Assembly (NCBI GenBank): GCA_964493625.1
Contig: CAZBOU010000001.1
Span: 10,822 to 74,821 of the forward strand
Origin: an uncultured Caldisericota bacterium
Lineage (GTDB): Bacteria > Caldisericota > Caldisericia > UBA6126
Direction of reading: 5' to 3'
DNA length: 64,000 bases
Every line of letters starts with the position of its first letter. Position 1 is the stretch's first letter. Shown piece by piece: positions 10,046-19,745 of this stretch. The notes beneath the pieces were generated by a model that searched no databases, was not told the DNA's origin, and was given only the letters and a program-made list of their open reading frames with translations. The position numbers were made by a program, and so were the translations under genes.

Positions 10046-11089
10046 CTATGGAAGCTGTGAGATTATTTTGGATGCAAGCTCAGTGAAACTAGTGGCCGAA
10101 GGAGAATCCGGATATTGTACTACAATTGGCTTTTGATTGTTCCCGCAAGTTCCTACTTGTTGATCAATAGGTATTTTGACTAGCAGGGGAGCTTTCATAA
10201 GGTCAGCCATCAACTGCCCTCCTCCTTCGCCAAATATGGGGTAGATATTTCCTGTGTCGGGGGCCTTAAAAAAGCTCATATTCTCAATAATGCCGGTAAT
10301 AGGAATCTGGAGTTTTTGAAAGGTTTTAAAGAACCTTGTGGCGTCATCTGTGGATACCTTGGATGGAATAGTTACAACAAGGCCTGAATCCAAAGGAAGA
10401 GATTGACCAACTGTTAGCATTGCATCACTTGTGCCAGGGGGAAGGTCAATCAAGAGATAATCCAATTCTCCCCATTGTGTCATAGTGTATAGTTGTTGAA
10501 TTGCATTGGAAATCATAGGGCCACGCCAAACAATAGGCTCATTGCTTCCTTGCGTAAGGAATCCAATGGAAATGATGCTAACTCCATATTGCTTTATGGG
10601 TTGGATGGATGTGTCACTTCCAACGGGATGTTTTTGTGTATTGAACATGACAGGAATATTGGGTCCTAAAACATCTGCATCCAATACACCTACCTTTTTC
10701 CCTTGTTTTGCTAGTGCAATAGACAGGTTTGTAACTACAGTAGACTTGCCCACACCCCCTTTGCCAGATCCTATTGCGATAATTCTGCGAATTTTGCCCT
10801 TTGGGAGGATATGGGGACCTCCCATTCCAATTGCTTCTTTTTCTTTTTGTGTTAATTCGGCAAAACGTATGGTGACATTTTGTACTCCAATGGATTGAAG
10901 AACTTTTTTTGCATCATCCGCCATTTTCTGTTTCAAAGGGCACTTAATGGTTGTCAAATGAAGTTCGAACGAAACATTTTCCTGATCTATTTCGATATTC
11001 TTGACCATTCCTAAATCAACGATGTTTTTGTGTAGTTCGGGATCCATTACATTTTGTAAAGCTTTTAAAATTTCTTCTTTTGTTGTCAT
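10046..11089 (-). CDS. Mrp/NBP35 (ApbC) P-loop ATPase, Fe-S carrier family
   Basis: N-terminal DPEL...CP domain, plus GKGGVGKS, WRGPM, DLPPGT and ENMS. Confidence 0.92.
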   Translation of the reverse strand: MTTKEEILKALQNVMDPELHKNIVDLGMVKNIEIDQENVSFELHLTTIKCPLKQKMADDAKKVLQSIGVQNVTIRFAELTQKEKEAIGMGGPHILPKGKIRRIIAIGSGKGGVGKSTVVTNLSIALAKQGKKVGVLDADVLGPNIPVMFNTQKHPVGSDTSIQPIKQYGVSIISIGFLTQGSNEPIVWRGPMISNAIQQLYTMTQWGELDYLLIDLPPGTSDAMLTVGQSLPLDSGLVVTIPSKVSTDDATRFFKTFQKLQIPITGIIENMSFFKAPDTGNIYPIFGEGGGQLMADLMKAPLLVKIPIDQQVGTCGNNQKPIVVQYPDSPSATSFTELASKIISQLP

Positions 11090-11170
11090 AAGGTATCATT
11101 CATCTCCTAACGTAGTTTAAGTTTAGTCTAGAATAAAAAAACAGAGTTGCAACATAAAAGGCTACAGTGA

Positions 11171-12520
11171 TTACATATGAATTGCCATGTTTTCAGCCAT
11201 TTCAATGGATTCCCCAAAAACCTCGGAAAAAGTAGGATGAGGAAATGTTATAAAGCCTAGATCTGACAAGGGAAGCTTTTTTTGAATGGCCATTGTAGCT
11301 AGGGTAATCATATCGGAGGCATGAGCTCCGAAAAATGTACATCCAACCAGTGCATTGTCATCAACAAAAATCTTTACAAAACCATCTCGTATTCCACTGG
11401 CTCTTGCTTTGCCATTTGCACTGTAGGGGAAAGTATACGTCTTATCAGCAAGCCTTTTTCCAACACCTGCTAATTCAGGATGTGTGAACACAACGCTAGG
11501 CTGCAGTCCATAGTGAATCGGAGGTGTTTCTTTGTGGAAAATTCGAGCAGCTGCAATCATGCCTTCTCTGCTAGCAGTATGAGCTAGCATCCATTTGCCA
11601 TTCAAATCACCTATGCAATATACATCGGGATGATTGGTTTCTAGGTACGGGGTAGTAACGACTCCCTTGCGAGAATATTCAATTCCAAGAGGATCCAATA
11701 AAGAAGGGATAATGGTAGGGTGTCTACCAATCGCCATTAAGACAATATCTGTTACCATTGTGTTGGTTTTGTCGTCTTGATTCCATTCAACATGTACAGA
11801 GCCATTTTTTTGAATAGCTGATGAAACCATACTATGACAATGGATTTTTATTCCACTCGATTGTAAGCTTTTCTGTAAAGCATGAGCAGCATCTGTATCT
11901 TCACAGGGCAGAATTTGGCTTTGTCCTTCTAATATGGTGACATTTGTGCCCAATTGGTTGTATATGGTGGCAATTTCGCATCCAATAACTCCACCACCAA
12001 TAATGACCATATTGTTTGGGATTTCTGAAAGAGTAAGAGCTTGATCACTAAAAATGATTTTTTCTTGATCAATTTCAATGCCTGGTATAGTGCTAGAAGA
12101 CGAGCCTGTTGCCAAAACTAATGTATCAAAATCAACAGAAATTTCATCTTGCTCTTTTAAAACGGACACTGTATGGTCTTTAACTTCAATAGCTCTACCA
12201 TGTATCCATTGGATATTGTTCTTCTTTAGCAAGTAGTCGATCCCTTGTCTCGACATCTGAATAGCTTTTTTGGTATGCTTTACAAGTTTTTCCACTTGAA
12301 TGGATGGTTTTGAACCTACAAGCCCCATTTTTTCATATTGAGACCAATGAGAAAGAGGTTCAATCCCTTTGAGAAGTGCTTTCGTTGGGATACAGCCAAC
12401 ATTGACGCATGTTCCTCCCAAATGTCCTTCTTCAATCAATGTAACGTCGCCACCATATTGAGCGCACCGAATTGCGGCAACATAACCACCAGGACCTCCA
12501 CCAATAACGGCTATCTTCAT
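11171..12520 (-). CDS. lpdA: dihydrolipoyl dehydrogenase
   Basis: GGGPGG, redox motif GGTCVNVGCIPTK, GGGVIG and HPTFSE. Start moved to ATG 12520 (AAGGAG SD). Confidence 0.88.
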   Translation of the reverse strand: MKIAVIGGGPGGYVAAIRCAQYGGDVTLIEEGHLGGTCVNVGCIPTKALLKGIEPLSHWSQYEKMGLVGSKPSIQVEKLVKHTKKAIQMSRQGIDYLLKKNNIQWIHGRAIEVKDHTVSVLKEQDEISVDFDTLVLATGSSSSTIPGIEIDQEKIIFSDQALTLSEIPNNMVIIGGGVIGCEIATIYNQLGTNVTILEGQSQILPCEDTDAAHALQKSLQSSGIKIHCHSMVSSAIQKNGSVHVEWNQDDKTNTMVTDIVLMAIGRHPTIIPSLLDPLGIEYSRKGVVTTPYLETNHPDVYCIGDLNGKWMLAHTASREGMIAAARIFHKETPPIHYGLQPSVVFTHPELAGVGKRLADKTYTFPYSANGKARASGIRDGFVKIFVDDNALVGCTFFGAHASDMITLATMAIQKKLPLSDLGFITFPHPTFSEVFGESIEMAENMAIHM

Positions 12521-12721
12521 ATATATACTCCTTGTTGTGTAAATATCTGTTGTAAACAACTATCTTCACATTATAACAAATGGTAAAGCAGGGTGGTTCA
12601 AAAAATGTAGAAACTGAGATGTTTGATCTGAGAACAACAAACGACTTTTAAGATGCACAAAGATTCTCACTAGCGTATGAAAGAAATTGCATTTCCTACA
12701 TTCTTCCATATGATCATTTCT

Positions 12722-13594
12722 ATGATTGGAATACACCTGCGATTAACAAATGATATAGAGTCCATCCGTAAGTGCATAGATGAGCTACAAATTGATTGTT
12801 TTCAGCTGTTTTTTGAACCCTTTCATGGTCTATCAATGAAAAGGAAACTTCATTATCGCGCCATTTTTTCTCGACTGAAAAAAGAAAAAATGGTTCGAAA
12901 AATCTTTGTGCATGCTCCAGATAACACCTCTTTGCGAGTATCGAAGAACAATACAACGATTCCGTCATGGAAGAAAATACGATACCGATTGCAAGAAGCT
13001 GACGATTTGGGAGTTGATGGACTGGTTGTCCATGTAAATATTGATCGAACCTTTCCTTTGCAAATGATGGCTGAAGAAATGAGTGAAGTTCTATATGATA
13101 TTGATGTCAAAAGTGATTTGCTACTAGAGAATACTGTTATGCAAAACAGTATTAGTTCTGATATGCATACTTTTGACCACATGACACAAATATTGCACGA
13201 AAAGTATCCAATCAAAATTTGTCTTGATACAGCCCACCTATTTTCTGTGGGGTATTCTTTCTCCTCAAAAGATGAGATGAGAGAATTGATAAGAGAGTTT
13301 CCTTCTATCTTTCGGCATACAAAATTAGTCCACATGAACGATTCTGCAGTTGCATGTGGTTCTTTTATAGATCATCATGCTCATCTAGGGAAGGGCTTTT
13401 TGGGCTTAGGATCTTTAGGGGCTGTTGTTTCTGTGTTTTCTCGCGATATGCCCTATATTACAGAAACACCGAAATGTGATTTTGATGTTCAGAAAGAGAA
13501 TATTGTCACTTTAAATCAAATTGTGGCAGGTAACAAATTAGACCTTGATGAATTAGGATCACATGTTAAAATGGAAAGAGTATTTTATTTCTAA
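12722..13594 (+). CDS. endonuclease IV (Nfo)-like TIM-barrel metalloprotein, divergent
   Basis: MIGIH start. Metal-ligand motifs VHAP, VVH, LLEN, CLDTAH, HMND, DHH and ITETP. Confidence 0.75.
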   Translation: MIGIHLRLTNDIESIRKCIDELQIDCFQLFFEPFHGLSMKRKLHYRAIFSRLKKEKMVRKIFVHAPDNTSLRVSKNNTTIPSWKKIRYRLQEADDLGVDGLVVHVNIDRTFPLQMMAEEMSEVLYDIDVKSDLLLENTVMQNSISSDMHTFDHMTQILHEKYPIKICLDTAHLFSVGYSFSSKDEMRELIREFPSIFRHTKLVHMNDSAVACGSFIDHHAHLGKGFLGLGSLGAVVSVFSRDMPYITETPKCDFDVQKENIVTLNQIVAGNKLDLDELGSHVKMERVFYF

Positions 13595-13636
13595 AAAAAA
13601 GATATAAAATAGATGAATGTTTATTAATTTACACAC

Positions 13637-13694
13637 CCTTTTACGTGGGCTTTTGTTCTCCTCAACGAAGTTCTATGTAAGAGGAATTGGAGGA
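13637..13694 (+). promoter_or_regulatory. putative ribosomal protein S15 autoregulatory leader
   Basis: Long imperfect hairpin (13637-13684). Its loop UCCUC is complementary to GAGGA in the rpsO SD. Confidence 0.5.
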
Positions 13695-13698
13695 TATT

Positions 13699-13965
13699 GT
13701 GCTTACAAAAGAGGAAAAAGCTACCATTATTGAAGATTTTAAGACCCATGATGGTGACAATGGATCCCCAGAAGTTCAGATTGCCATTTTGACGAAAAAA
13801 ATCCAGGTTTTATCTCTACATTTACGCGAACACAAACATGATCATAGTTCTCGTAGAGGTCTTTTAAAAATGGTAGGACAACGCCGTAGATTACAAAGAT
13901 ATTTGAAAAAGACAGATGTTGAACGTTACAAAACGCTAATTCAACGTTTGGGAATTAGAGGATAA
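13699..13965 (+). CDS. rpsO: 30S ribosomal protein S15
   Basis: [10 protein letters not shown] and [24 protein letters not shown] start after GGAGG. Confidence 0.97.
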   Translation: MLTKEEKATIIEDFKTHDGDNGSPEVQIAILTKKIQVLSLHLREHKHDHSSRRGLLKMVGQRRRLQRYLKKTDVERYKTLIQRLGIRG

Positions 13966-13974
13966 TTAAACTTC

Positions 13975-16104
13975 ATGAAAGAACAAAAACCAATGTTGTT
14001 TGAACGCACCTTACATGGTGTCCATTATAGTTTTGAGTTTGGCAAACTGGCAAAGCAGGCTGGAGCTTCCATTTTGTGTACAGCAGGAGAAACCAAAGTT
14101 TTGGTAGTAGTCACAATGACCAAAGAACCAAAAGAAGATATTGATTTCTTTCCTTTAACTGTAGATTATTCAGAAAAACTCTATTCTGCTGGAAAAATTC
14201 CTGGAGGCTTCTTTAAAAGAGGGGGTCGACCTTCGGACAAAGAAATATTGCGATCTAGATTGATTGATAGACCCTTGCGACCATTGTTTCCCAAATATAT
14301 GCGCCATGGTGTTCAAATTATCGCTTATGTTCTTTCTTTTGATGGTACTAACGCCCCCGATATGCTAGCCATTAATGGAGCATCTATTGCTACATGTCTG
14401 TCCAATGTTCCTTTTGAGGGACCTGTTGCTACTACCAGATGTAGCATGGTAGAGGGTAAATTTGTAGCAAATGTGTCTAGTGATGAATCTGAAAACGGTC
14501 TTTTAGACTTGGTTGTCGCTGAAACTGAGAAATCCATCATGATGGTGGAGGCAGGTGCTTCTGTTATAACAGAGGATGTTATGTTAGAGGCTTTTCAGTT
14601 TGTTCATGATTCTAACATGGATATGATTGCCTGGCAAAAAGAAATTATTGACGCCATGCCCAAAAACGAGAAAACATTGGTTGAAAAGCCAATTGCTTCT
14701 CCTGATGCTGTGAAAGCAGTGAAAGATTATTTAGACGAAAGAATTGAAGATGCTCTATTCAATCCCGACAAAACTCAAAGAGAAGCTGCCGAATATGAGT
14801 TACGCTCTGCAATGCATTCCCATTGCGATCCTTCTTTCGAAGAGCGAGAAAAAGAATTAGATTTAGCATTTGACGACTATGTTTCTACCTATGTCCGAGA
14901 TAAGATTATCCATGAAAATCGTAGACCAGATGGTAGAAAAGAAGATGAGATCCGAAACCTTTCTATGGAGGTAGGATTTCTACCTCGAACGCATGGAAGT
15001 GCTGTTTTTACAAGAGGTCAAACACAAGTTCTTTCCGTAGTTACCCTAGGTGGTAAAGGAGAAGGACAATTAATCGAGAGTATTGATGAAGAAATGACCA
15101 AGCATTTTATGCATTACTACAACTTCCCTCCATTTAGTGTTGGCGAAGTAAGACCTTTACGTGGTGCTGGGCGAAGAGAAGTAGGTCACGGCGCTCTTGC
15201 TGAAAGAGCTATTCTTCCCGTAATTCCTCCTGAAGAGAAATTTGCCTATACTATCCATGTTGTATCCGAAGTATTAGAGTCGAATGGATCTAGCTCTCAA
15301 GCCTCTATTTGCGGCAGTATTTTAGCGCTTATGGATGCTGGAGTTCCCATATCGGAACCAGTAGCAGGTATTGCAATGGGTTTGTTTGCAAGCGGTCCGA
15401 AGTATCGAATTTTAACAGACATCCAAGGTGTCGAAGATTTTTCTGGTGATATGGATTTTAAAGTCGCGGGATCTCGAAATGGTATTACCGCCATCCAAAT
15501 GGATGTTAAAAAACAAGTTGTTACTTTGAAGATTGTAGAAGACGGCCTAGAAAGAGCAAAAGCTGCTAGAATTGATATTTTAGATCAAATGTTTGAAACT
15601 ATACAAACCTCTCGGCTAGACCTTTCCAAATATGCTCCCAGGTTAGAGATTGTTCAAATTAGTACAGATCGAATTGGCGATCTGATCGGACCTGGCGGGA
15701 AAAATATTAAGAGAATCATTGAAGAAACTGGTGTGAAAATAGATATTGAGTCAGATGGACGCGTCTTTATAGCTTCTGATGATGAAAATGGATTAAAGTC
15801 TGCCCTCAAAGAAATCGAAGATATCACACGAGAAATTGAGCCCGGCCAAGAGTATTATGGAAAAGTTGTTCGCATCACTGACTTTGGTGCTTTTGTTGAG
15901 CTGAAAAAAGGAACTGATGGCCTCCTTCATATTTCACAAATTTCTTCGAAACGTGTGAACCATGAAAATGGGAAACTAGTAGCGGATGGCGAGGTTCTTG
16001 TTCAGATGGGGCAAAAGATTAATGTCAAAGTGGCATCTGTTGATCCTGAAAATGGTAGAGTGAGTCTTACCATGAAAGGTGTTGATCAGCAGAAAAATGA
16101 GTAG
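13975..16104 (+). CDS. pnp: polyribonucleotide nucleotidyltransferase (PNPase)
   Basis: DFFPLTVDY, RLIDRPLRP, GRREVGHG, ESNGSSS and GDMDFKVAG, plus KH and S1 domains. Confidence 0.97.
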   Translation: MKEQKPMLFERTLHGVHYSFEFGKLAKQAGASILCTAGETKVLVVVTMTKEPKEDIDFFPLTVDYSEKLYSAGKIPGGFFKRGGRPSDKEILRSRLIDRPLRPLFPKYMRHGVQIIAYVLSFDGTNAPDMLAINGASIATCLSNVPFEGPVATTRCSMVEGKFVANVSSDESENGLLDLVVAETEKSIMMVEAGASVITEDVMLEAFQFVHDSNMDMIAWQKEIIDAMPKNEKTLVEKPIASPDAVKAVKDYLDERIEDALFNPDKTQREAAEYELRSAMHSHCDPSFEEREKELDLAFDDYVSTYVRDKIIHENRRPDGRKEDEIRNLSMEVGFLPRTHGSAVFTRGQTQVLSVVTLGGKGEGQLIESIDEEMTKHFMHYYNFPPFSVGEVRPLRGAGRREVGHGALAERAILPVIPPEEKFAYTIHVVSEVLESNGSSSQASICGSILALMDAGVPISEPVAGIAMGLFASGPKYRILTDIQGVEDFSGDMDFKVAGSRNGITAIQMDVKKQVVTLKIVEDGLERAKAARIDILDQMFETIQTSRLDLSKYAPRLEIVQISTDRIGDLIGPGGKNIKRIIEETGVKIDIESDGRVFIASDDENGLKSALKEIEDITREIEPGQEYYGKVVRITDFGAFVELKKGTDGLLHISQISSKRVNHENGKLVADGEVLVQMGQKINVKVASVDPENGRVSLTMKGVDQQKNE

Positions 16105-16109
16105 ACTTT

Positions 16110-16709
16110 ATGAAGCAAACAATTCATTCTGTTAATTGGAAGCAAGAAGTTGCTGACAAGTTGCGAAAACAGATTGAAACCTGTCAAAAATGTGATTTAC
16201 ACTTAACACGAACGAATCCGGTTCCAGGAGAAGGCTCTCTAGATACTGATCTGGTGTTTATCGGAGAGGGGCCTGGAAAAAATGAAGACTTGCAAGGGTC
16301 ACCATTTGTTGGTCAAGCTGGAAGAGTACTCGACCGATTGTTAAATAGTATTGGACTGCAACGCAGTATGATTTTTATTGGAAATACGGTTAAATGCCGG
16401 CCACCAGCTAATCGAACGCCTACTTCTTTTGAAATAGAAACCTGTAAACCTTTCTTGGTTTCACAAATAGAGCTTATACAACCCAAACTTATTGTGATTA
16501 TGGGTAGTGCGGCTCTTACTTCTTTGCTAGGTTCTGGGCGTTCCATCTCAAAAGATAGGGGAATTCTTATCGAAAAAGATGGAATGCTTTATTTTCCTAC
16601 CTATCATCCCGCAGCAGCATTATACCGACGAACTAGCTTAGAATATATACAAAATGATTTTTATCAAATAGGAGACATCCTACAAAAACGAAAGAAAGAG
16701 CATATATGA
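16110..16709 (+). CDS. uracil-DNA glycosylase family 4 (Fe-S)
   Basis: CQKC, GEGPG, PFVG, VKCRPP and TYHPAA. Confidence 0.93.
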   Translation: MKQTIHSVNWKQEVADKLRKQIETCQKCDLHLTRTNPVPGEGSLDTDLVFIGEGPGKNEDLQGSPFVGQAGRVLDRLLNSIGLQRSMIFIGNTVKCRPPANRTPTSFEIETCKPFLVSQIELIQPKLIVIMGSAALTSLLGSGRSISKDRGILIEKDGMLYFPTYHPAAALYRRTSLEYIQNDFYQIGDILQKRKKEHI

Positions 16710-18352
16710 GAATTAAAGTAAGTTTTCTTGGTGGATTGAACGAAATAGGGAAAAATATGACCCTATTTGAGTTTGACAACGAAATGATTATCCTTGATGC
16801 TGGGTTTGAGTTTCCAAGCGCAGATTTATTGGGAATTGACAGAGTGATCCCCGATATTACGTATGCCTTGCAGAATAAAAAAAAGATTAAAGCAATCATA
16901 TTGTCCCATGGTCATGCTGACCATATTGGAGGTTTGCGATACTTTAGTAAAGATCTAGGATATCCACCCATTTATGCAACAGCCCTCACCATAGGGATTG
17001 TAAAATCAGAACTACCGTCCTATGTATCAAAAAATTTGCAGTTTCATGAAGTATCACTACCTTCGTCCATCAAAATAGGGAAAATTAAAATTGATTTTTT
17101 ACGTGTTACTCACAGCATACCCGATGGCATGGCGACCGTGTTTCACACACCTCATGGCAATGTGTTTCATGGAGGAGACTTCAAAGTTGATTTGACTCCT
17201 ATTGATGGGAAACCAATTGATTTACAAGGCATTGCTCATGCTGGAAAAGAAGGAACCCTTCTTTATCTAGGTGATAGTACAAATGCGGACGAGCCAGGTT
17301 TTACTGCCTCCGAAAAAACAGTAGGGTTAAAGTTGGAAGACTTGATTCGAGCATGCAGTGGCAGAGTGATTGTAGCAACTTTTTCTACGAACCTGCATAG
17401 GGTGCAGCAAGTGTTTGATATAGCTGAAAAAGTGAATCGAAAAGTATTGGTAGATGGACGATCCATGATGAATACTATTCAAGTTGCCAAAGAACTAGGC
17501 TATTCTTCCATTCCAAATCATTTGCTAGTGAAACCTCAAGAATTACAAAACATTCCCGATAAAAAACTCATTGTTTTGACAACGGGTACCCAGGGTGAAC
17601 CATTTTCCGGTTTAACAAAAATGGCACACAAACAGCACGATATATTGAAGTTAAAAAAAGGGGATAAAGTTATTATTTCGGCAGATCCAATACCAGGAAA
17701 TGAAGCTTCTGTGACAAAGAATATTAATAGTTTAATTCGTCTGGGGGCTGATGTAGTTTATCGAACCGAAGGAATACATGCATCGGGACATGGTTCAAGA
17801 GAAGATTTGCGATTGATGATGTCCCTGATTAAACCTACTTTCTTTATTCCGGTACACGGGGAGTATCGACAGATGTTTGCCCATTGCAAAATTGCGCAAG
17901 AAGTTGGTGTGCCAGAAGAAAATACTAGAATATGCGACAATGGAGACAGCATTGCTTTAACGAAAACAACAATGAAACACGTTGGTAGAGTACCAGCAGC
18001 CCCCATATATATTGATGGACGCAATATAGGTGATATTGGTCAATCTGTCATCAATGAGCGGAAAGTATTATCTCGCGAAGGGGTGTTGAACGTAGTTGTG
18101 ATTGCAGATATCAAAAAACGCACGATGACGACCTCTCCCCTGATCGAAACAAAGGGATTGATCTCGTCAGATTTTTCAAGTGATTTGTATGAAAAAGTTA
18201 CCCATGGTATCCAAGAAATTGTGAAAAAATGGTCTCGTCAGAACGGCAAAGGGTCTGATCTTGAAATTATGATTAAGGGTTATTTATCAGGGTTTTTCTC
18301 TTCCGAAGTTCACCGTAGACCTGTTATTTTTGTCTCTGTCATCGAAAGCTAG
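16706..18352 (+). CDS. rnj: ribonuclease J
   Basis: LGGLNEIGKN, HGHADH, HSIPD, DSTNA, GTQGEP, HASGH and PVHGE. Confidence 0.95.
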   Translation: MRIKVSFLGGLNEIGKNMTLFEFDNEMIILDAGFEFPSADLLGIDRVIPDITYALQNKKKIKAIILSHGHADHIGGLRYFSKDLGYPPIYATALTIGIVKSELPSYVSKNLQFHEVSLPSSIKIGKIKIDFLRVTHSIPDGMATVFHTPHGNVFHGGDFKVDLTPIDGKPIDLQGIAHAGKEGTLLYLGDSTNADEPGFTASEKTVGLKLEDLIRACSGRVIVATFSTNLHRVQQVFDIAEKVNRKVLVDGRSMMNTIQVAKELGYSSIPNHLLVKPQELQNIPDKKLIVLTTGTQGEPFSGLTKMAHKQHDILKLKKGDKVIISADPIPGNEASVTKNINSLIRLGADVVYRTEGIHASGHGSREDLRLMMSLIKPTFFIPVHGEYRQMFAHCKIAQEVGVPEENTRICDNGDSIALTKTTMKHVGRVPAAPIYIDGRNIGDIGQSVINERKVLSREGVLNVVVIADIKKRTMTTSPLIETKGLISSDFSSDLYEKVTHGIQEIVKKWSRQNGKGSDLEIMIKGYLSGFFSSEVHRRPVIFVSVIES

Positions 18353-18358
18353 AGAACC

Positions 18359-18913
18359 ATGGTAAAAAGAACTCAAACAATCCAATGGATTCGTGGTGCC
18401 GTTATTGGCTCTTTATACTTCGTATTAACGGTAGTTTTTCAAGCTTTCTCCTTTGGACAAGTACAAATTCGAGTATCTGAAATTCTAACCGTCCTACCTT
18501 TTTTCTTTCCAGAAGCTATATGGGGTCTTACGATTGGTTGTTTGATTGCCAATTTCTTCTCTCCATTTGGTCTTATTGATATTGTCTTTGGAACACTTTG
18601 TACATTCATTGCCGCTTTTCTAACATACCTATTTCGCTGGATTCCCAATAAACGCGTTGGAGCCTATCTGGGAATATTGCCACCCATTCTTATCAATGGT
18701 TTTGGAGTGGGTTTCTATGTATCCTGTTTGTCTACTAGTGGAATTTGCTCCTTGCAGCATTTTTCCTTTCCTGTTTATATAGCTATAGCTGGTTCTATTA
18801 TGTTAGGAGAATTGGTTTCGGCAGGACTAGGAGGCAGCATTTTGATTACCTACTTACTAACAAAAGGAAAGCACTTGTATTCACTTCCAAAAAAGACGAT
18901 TTTAGGAGGCTGA
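18359..18913 (+). CDS. QueT family ECF S component (queuosine precursor transporter)
   Basis: SFGQVQIRVSE and GLTIGCLIANFFSPFGLIDIVFG match QueT. Confidence 0.85.
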   Translation: MVKRTQTIQWIRGAVIGSLYFVLTVVFQAFSFGQVQIRVSEILTVLPFFFPEAIWGLTIGCLIANFFSPFGLIDIVFGTLCTFIAAFLTYLFRWIPNKRVGAYLGILPPILINGFGVGFYVSCLSTSGICSLQHFSFPVYIAIAGSIMLGELVSAGLGGSILITYLLTKGKHLYSLPKKTILGG

Positions 18914-18914
18914 T

Positions 18915-19745
18915 TTGAAAGTTGCACTAGCACAAATTGTTCCCATTTTTGGAAATTGGGAGGCATCCTTTTTAAAACACAAAGAATATGTGGAAAGAGC
19001 AATTGAGCAAAAAGCATCCTTGATTGTTTTTCCTGAAATGTCTCTTACGGGCTATAACTTGCAAGATTTGACTCCAGAAATGTCCATCAGGGCTACCTCA
19101 GAAAAGTTAAAAGAAGTGGCCAGACAATCAATGCAGATTGATCTTGTAGTTGGATTTCCTGAAATCGATGATCATTTCCGCTCCTATATATCTTGTGCTT
19201 ATTGTTCAAAGGGTGAAGTGCTCCACATATACCGGAAAATATTTCTACCCATTAATGGAATGTTTAACGATTCCAAAGACTTTACGCCTGGTCATGAGCT
19301 CCTTTCCTTTACCGTAAATGATTTTCATATGGGAATGTTACTATGTCGTGATATGTGGCATGAAGAAGCCATCGTGTCGTATGTTAAAAAAGATGTTCAA
19401 TGCCTTTTGATCCCTTCGAATATTCCACTTCGAAATATTGATGAATCCGGTCCCGCCATTCATAAATTTGTGGAAAGAATGGTGCGGGGATATGCAGAAA
19501 GAAACTCCATATACGCTATTTATGTGAATCGAGTTGGATTTGAAGAAGGTACCTGTTTTTACGGAGGAAGTATGATCGCAGATCCATTTGGGAAGGTTAT
19601 TGTCCAGGCTCCATTTGTGGAAGAATCCCTTGTGTATGCTGAAATTTCTACGGATGTTATGAAACGAAAGCTTGCATCCTTTCATCTACATAATGATCGA
19701 AGAGATGCCATTGTTCGAAAAGCTTTTGCGGGAGAAGAGAGATGA
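18915..19745 (+). CDS. nitrilase-family carbon-nitrogen hydrolase, probable glutaminase subunit of NAD+ synthetase
   Basis: E-K-C triad (FPEM, YRK, LCRDMW). The stop overlaps the nadE start (ATGA). Confidence 0.85.
   Translation: MKVALAQIVPIFGNWEASFLKHKEYVERAIEQKASLIVFPEMSLTGYNLQDLTPEMSIRATSEKLKEVARQSMQIDLVVGFPEIDDHFRSYISCAYCSKGEVLHIYRKIFLPINGMFNDSKDFTPGHELLSFTVNDFHMGMLLCRDMWHEEAIVSYVKKDVQCLLIPSNIPLRNIDESGPAIHKFVERMVRGYAERNSIYAIYVNRVGFEEGTCFYGGSMIADPFGKVIVQAPFVEESLVYAEISTDVMKRKLASFHLHNDRRDAIVRKAFAGEER

Noticed and set aside
18340-18360. preQ1 riboswitch for queT
   Set aside because: queT starts 6 nt after rnj, leaving no room, and no motif is present.
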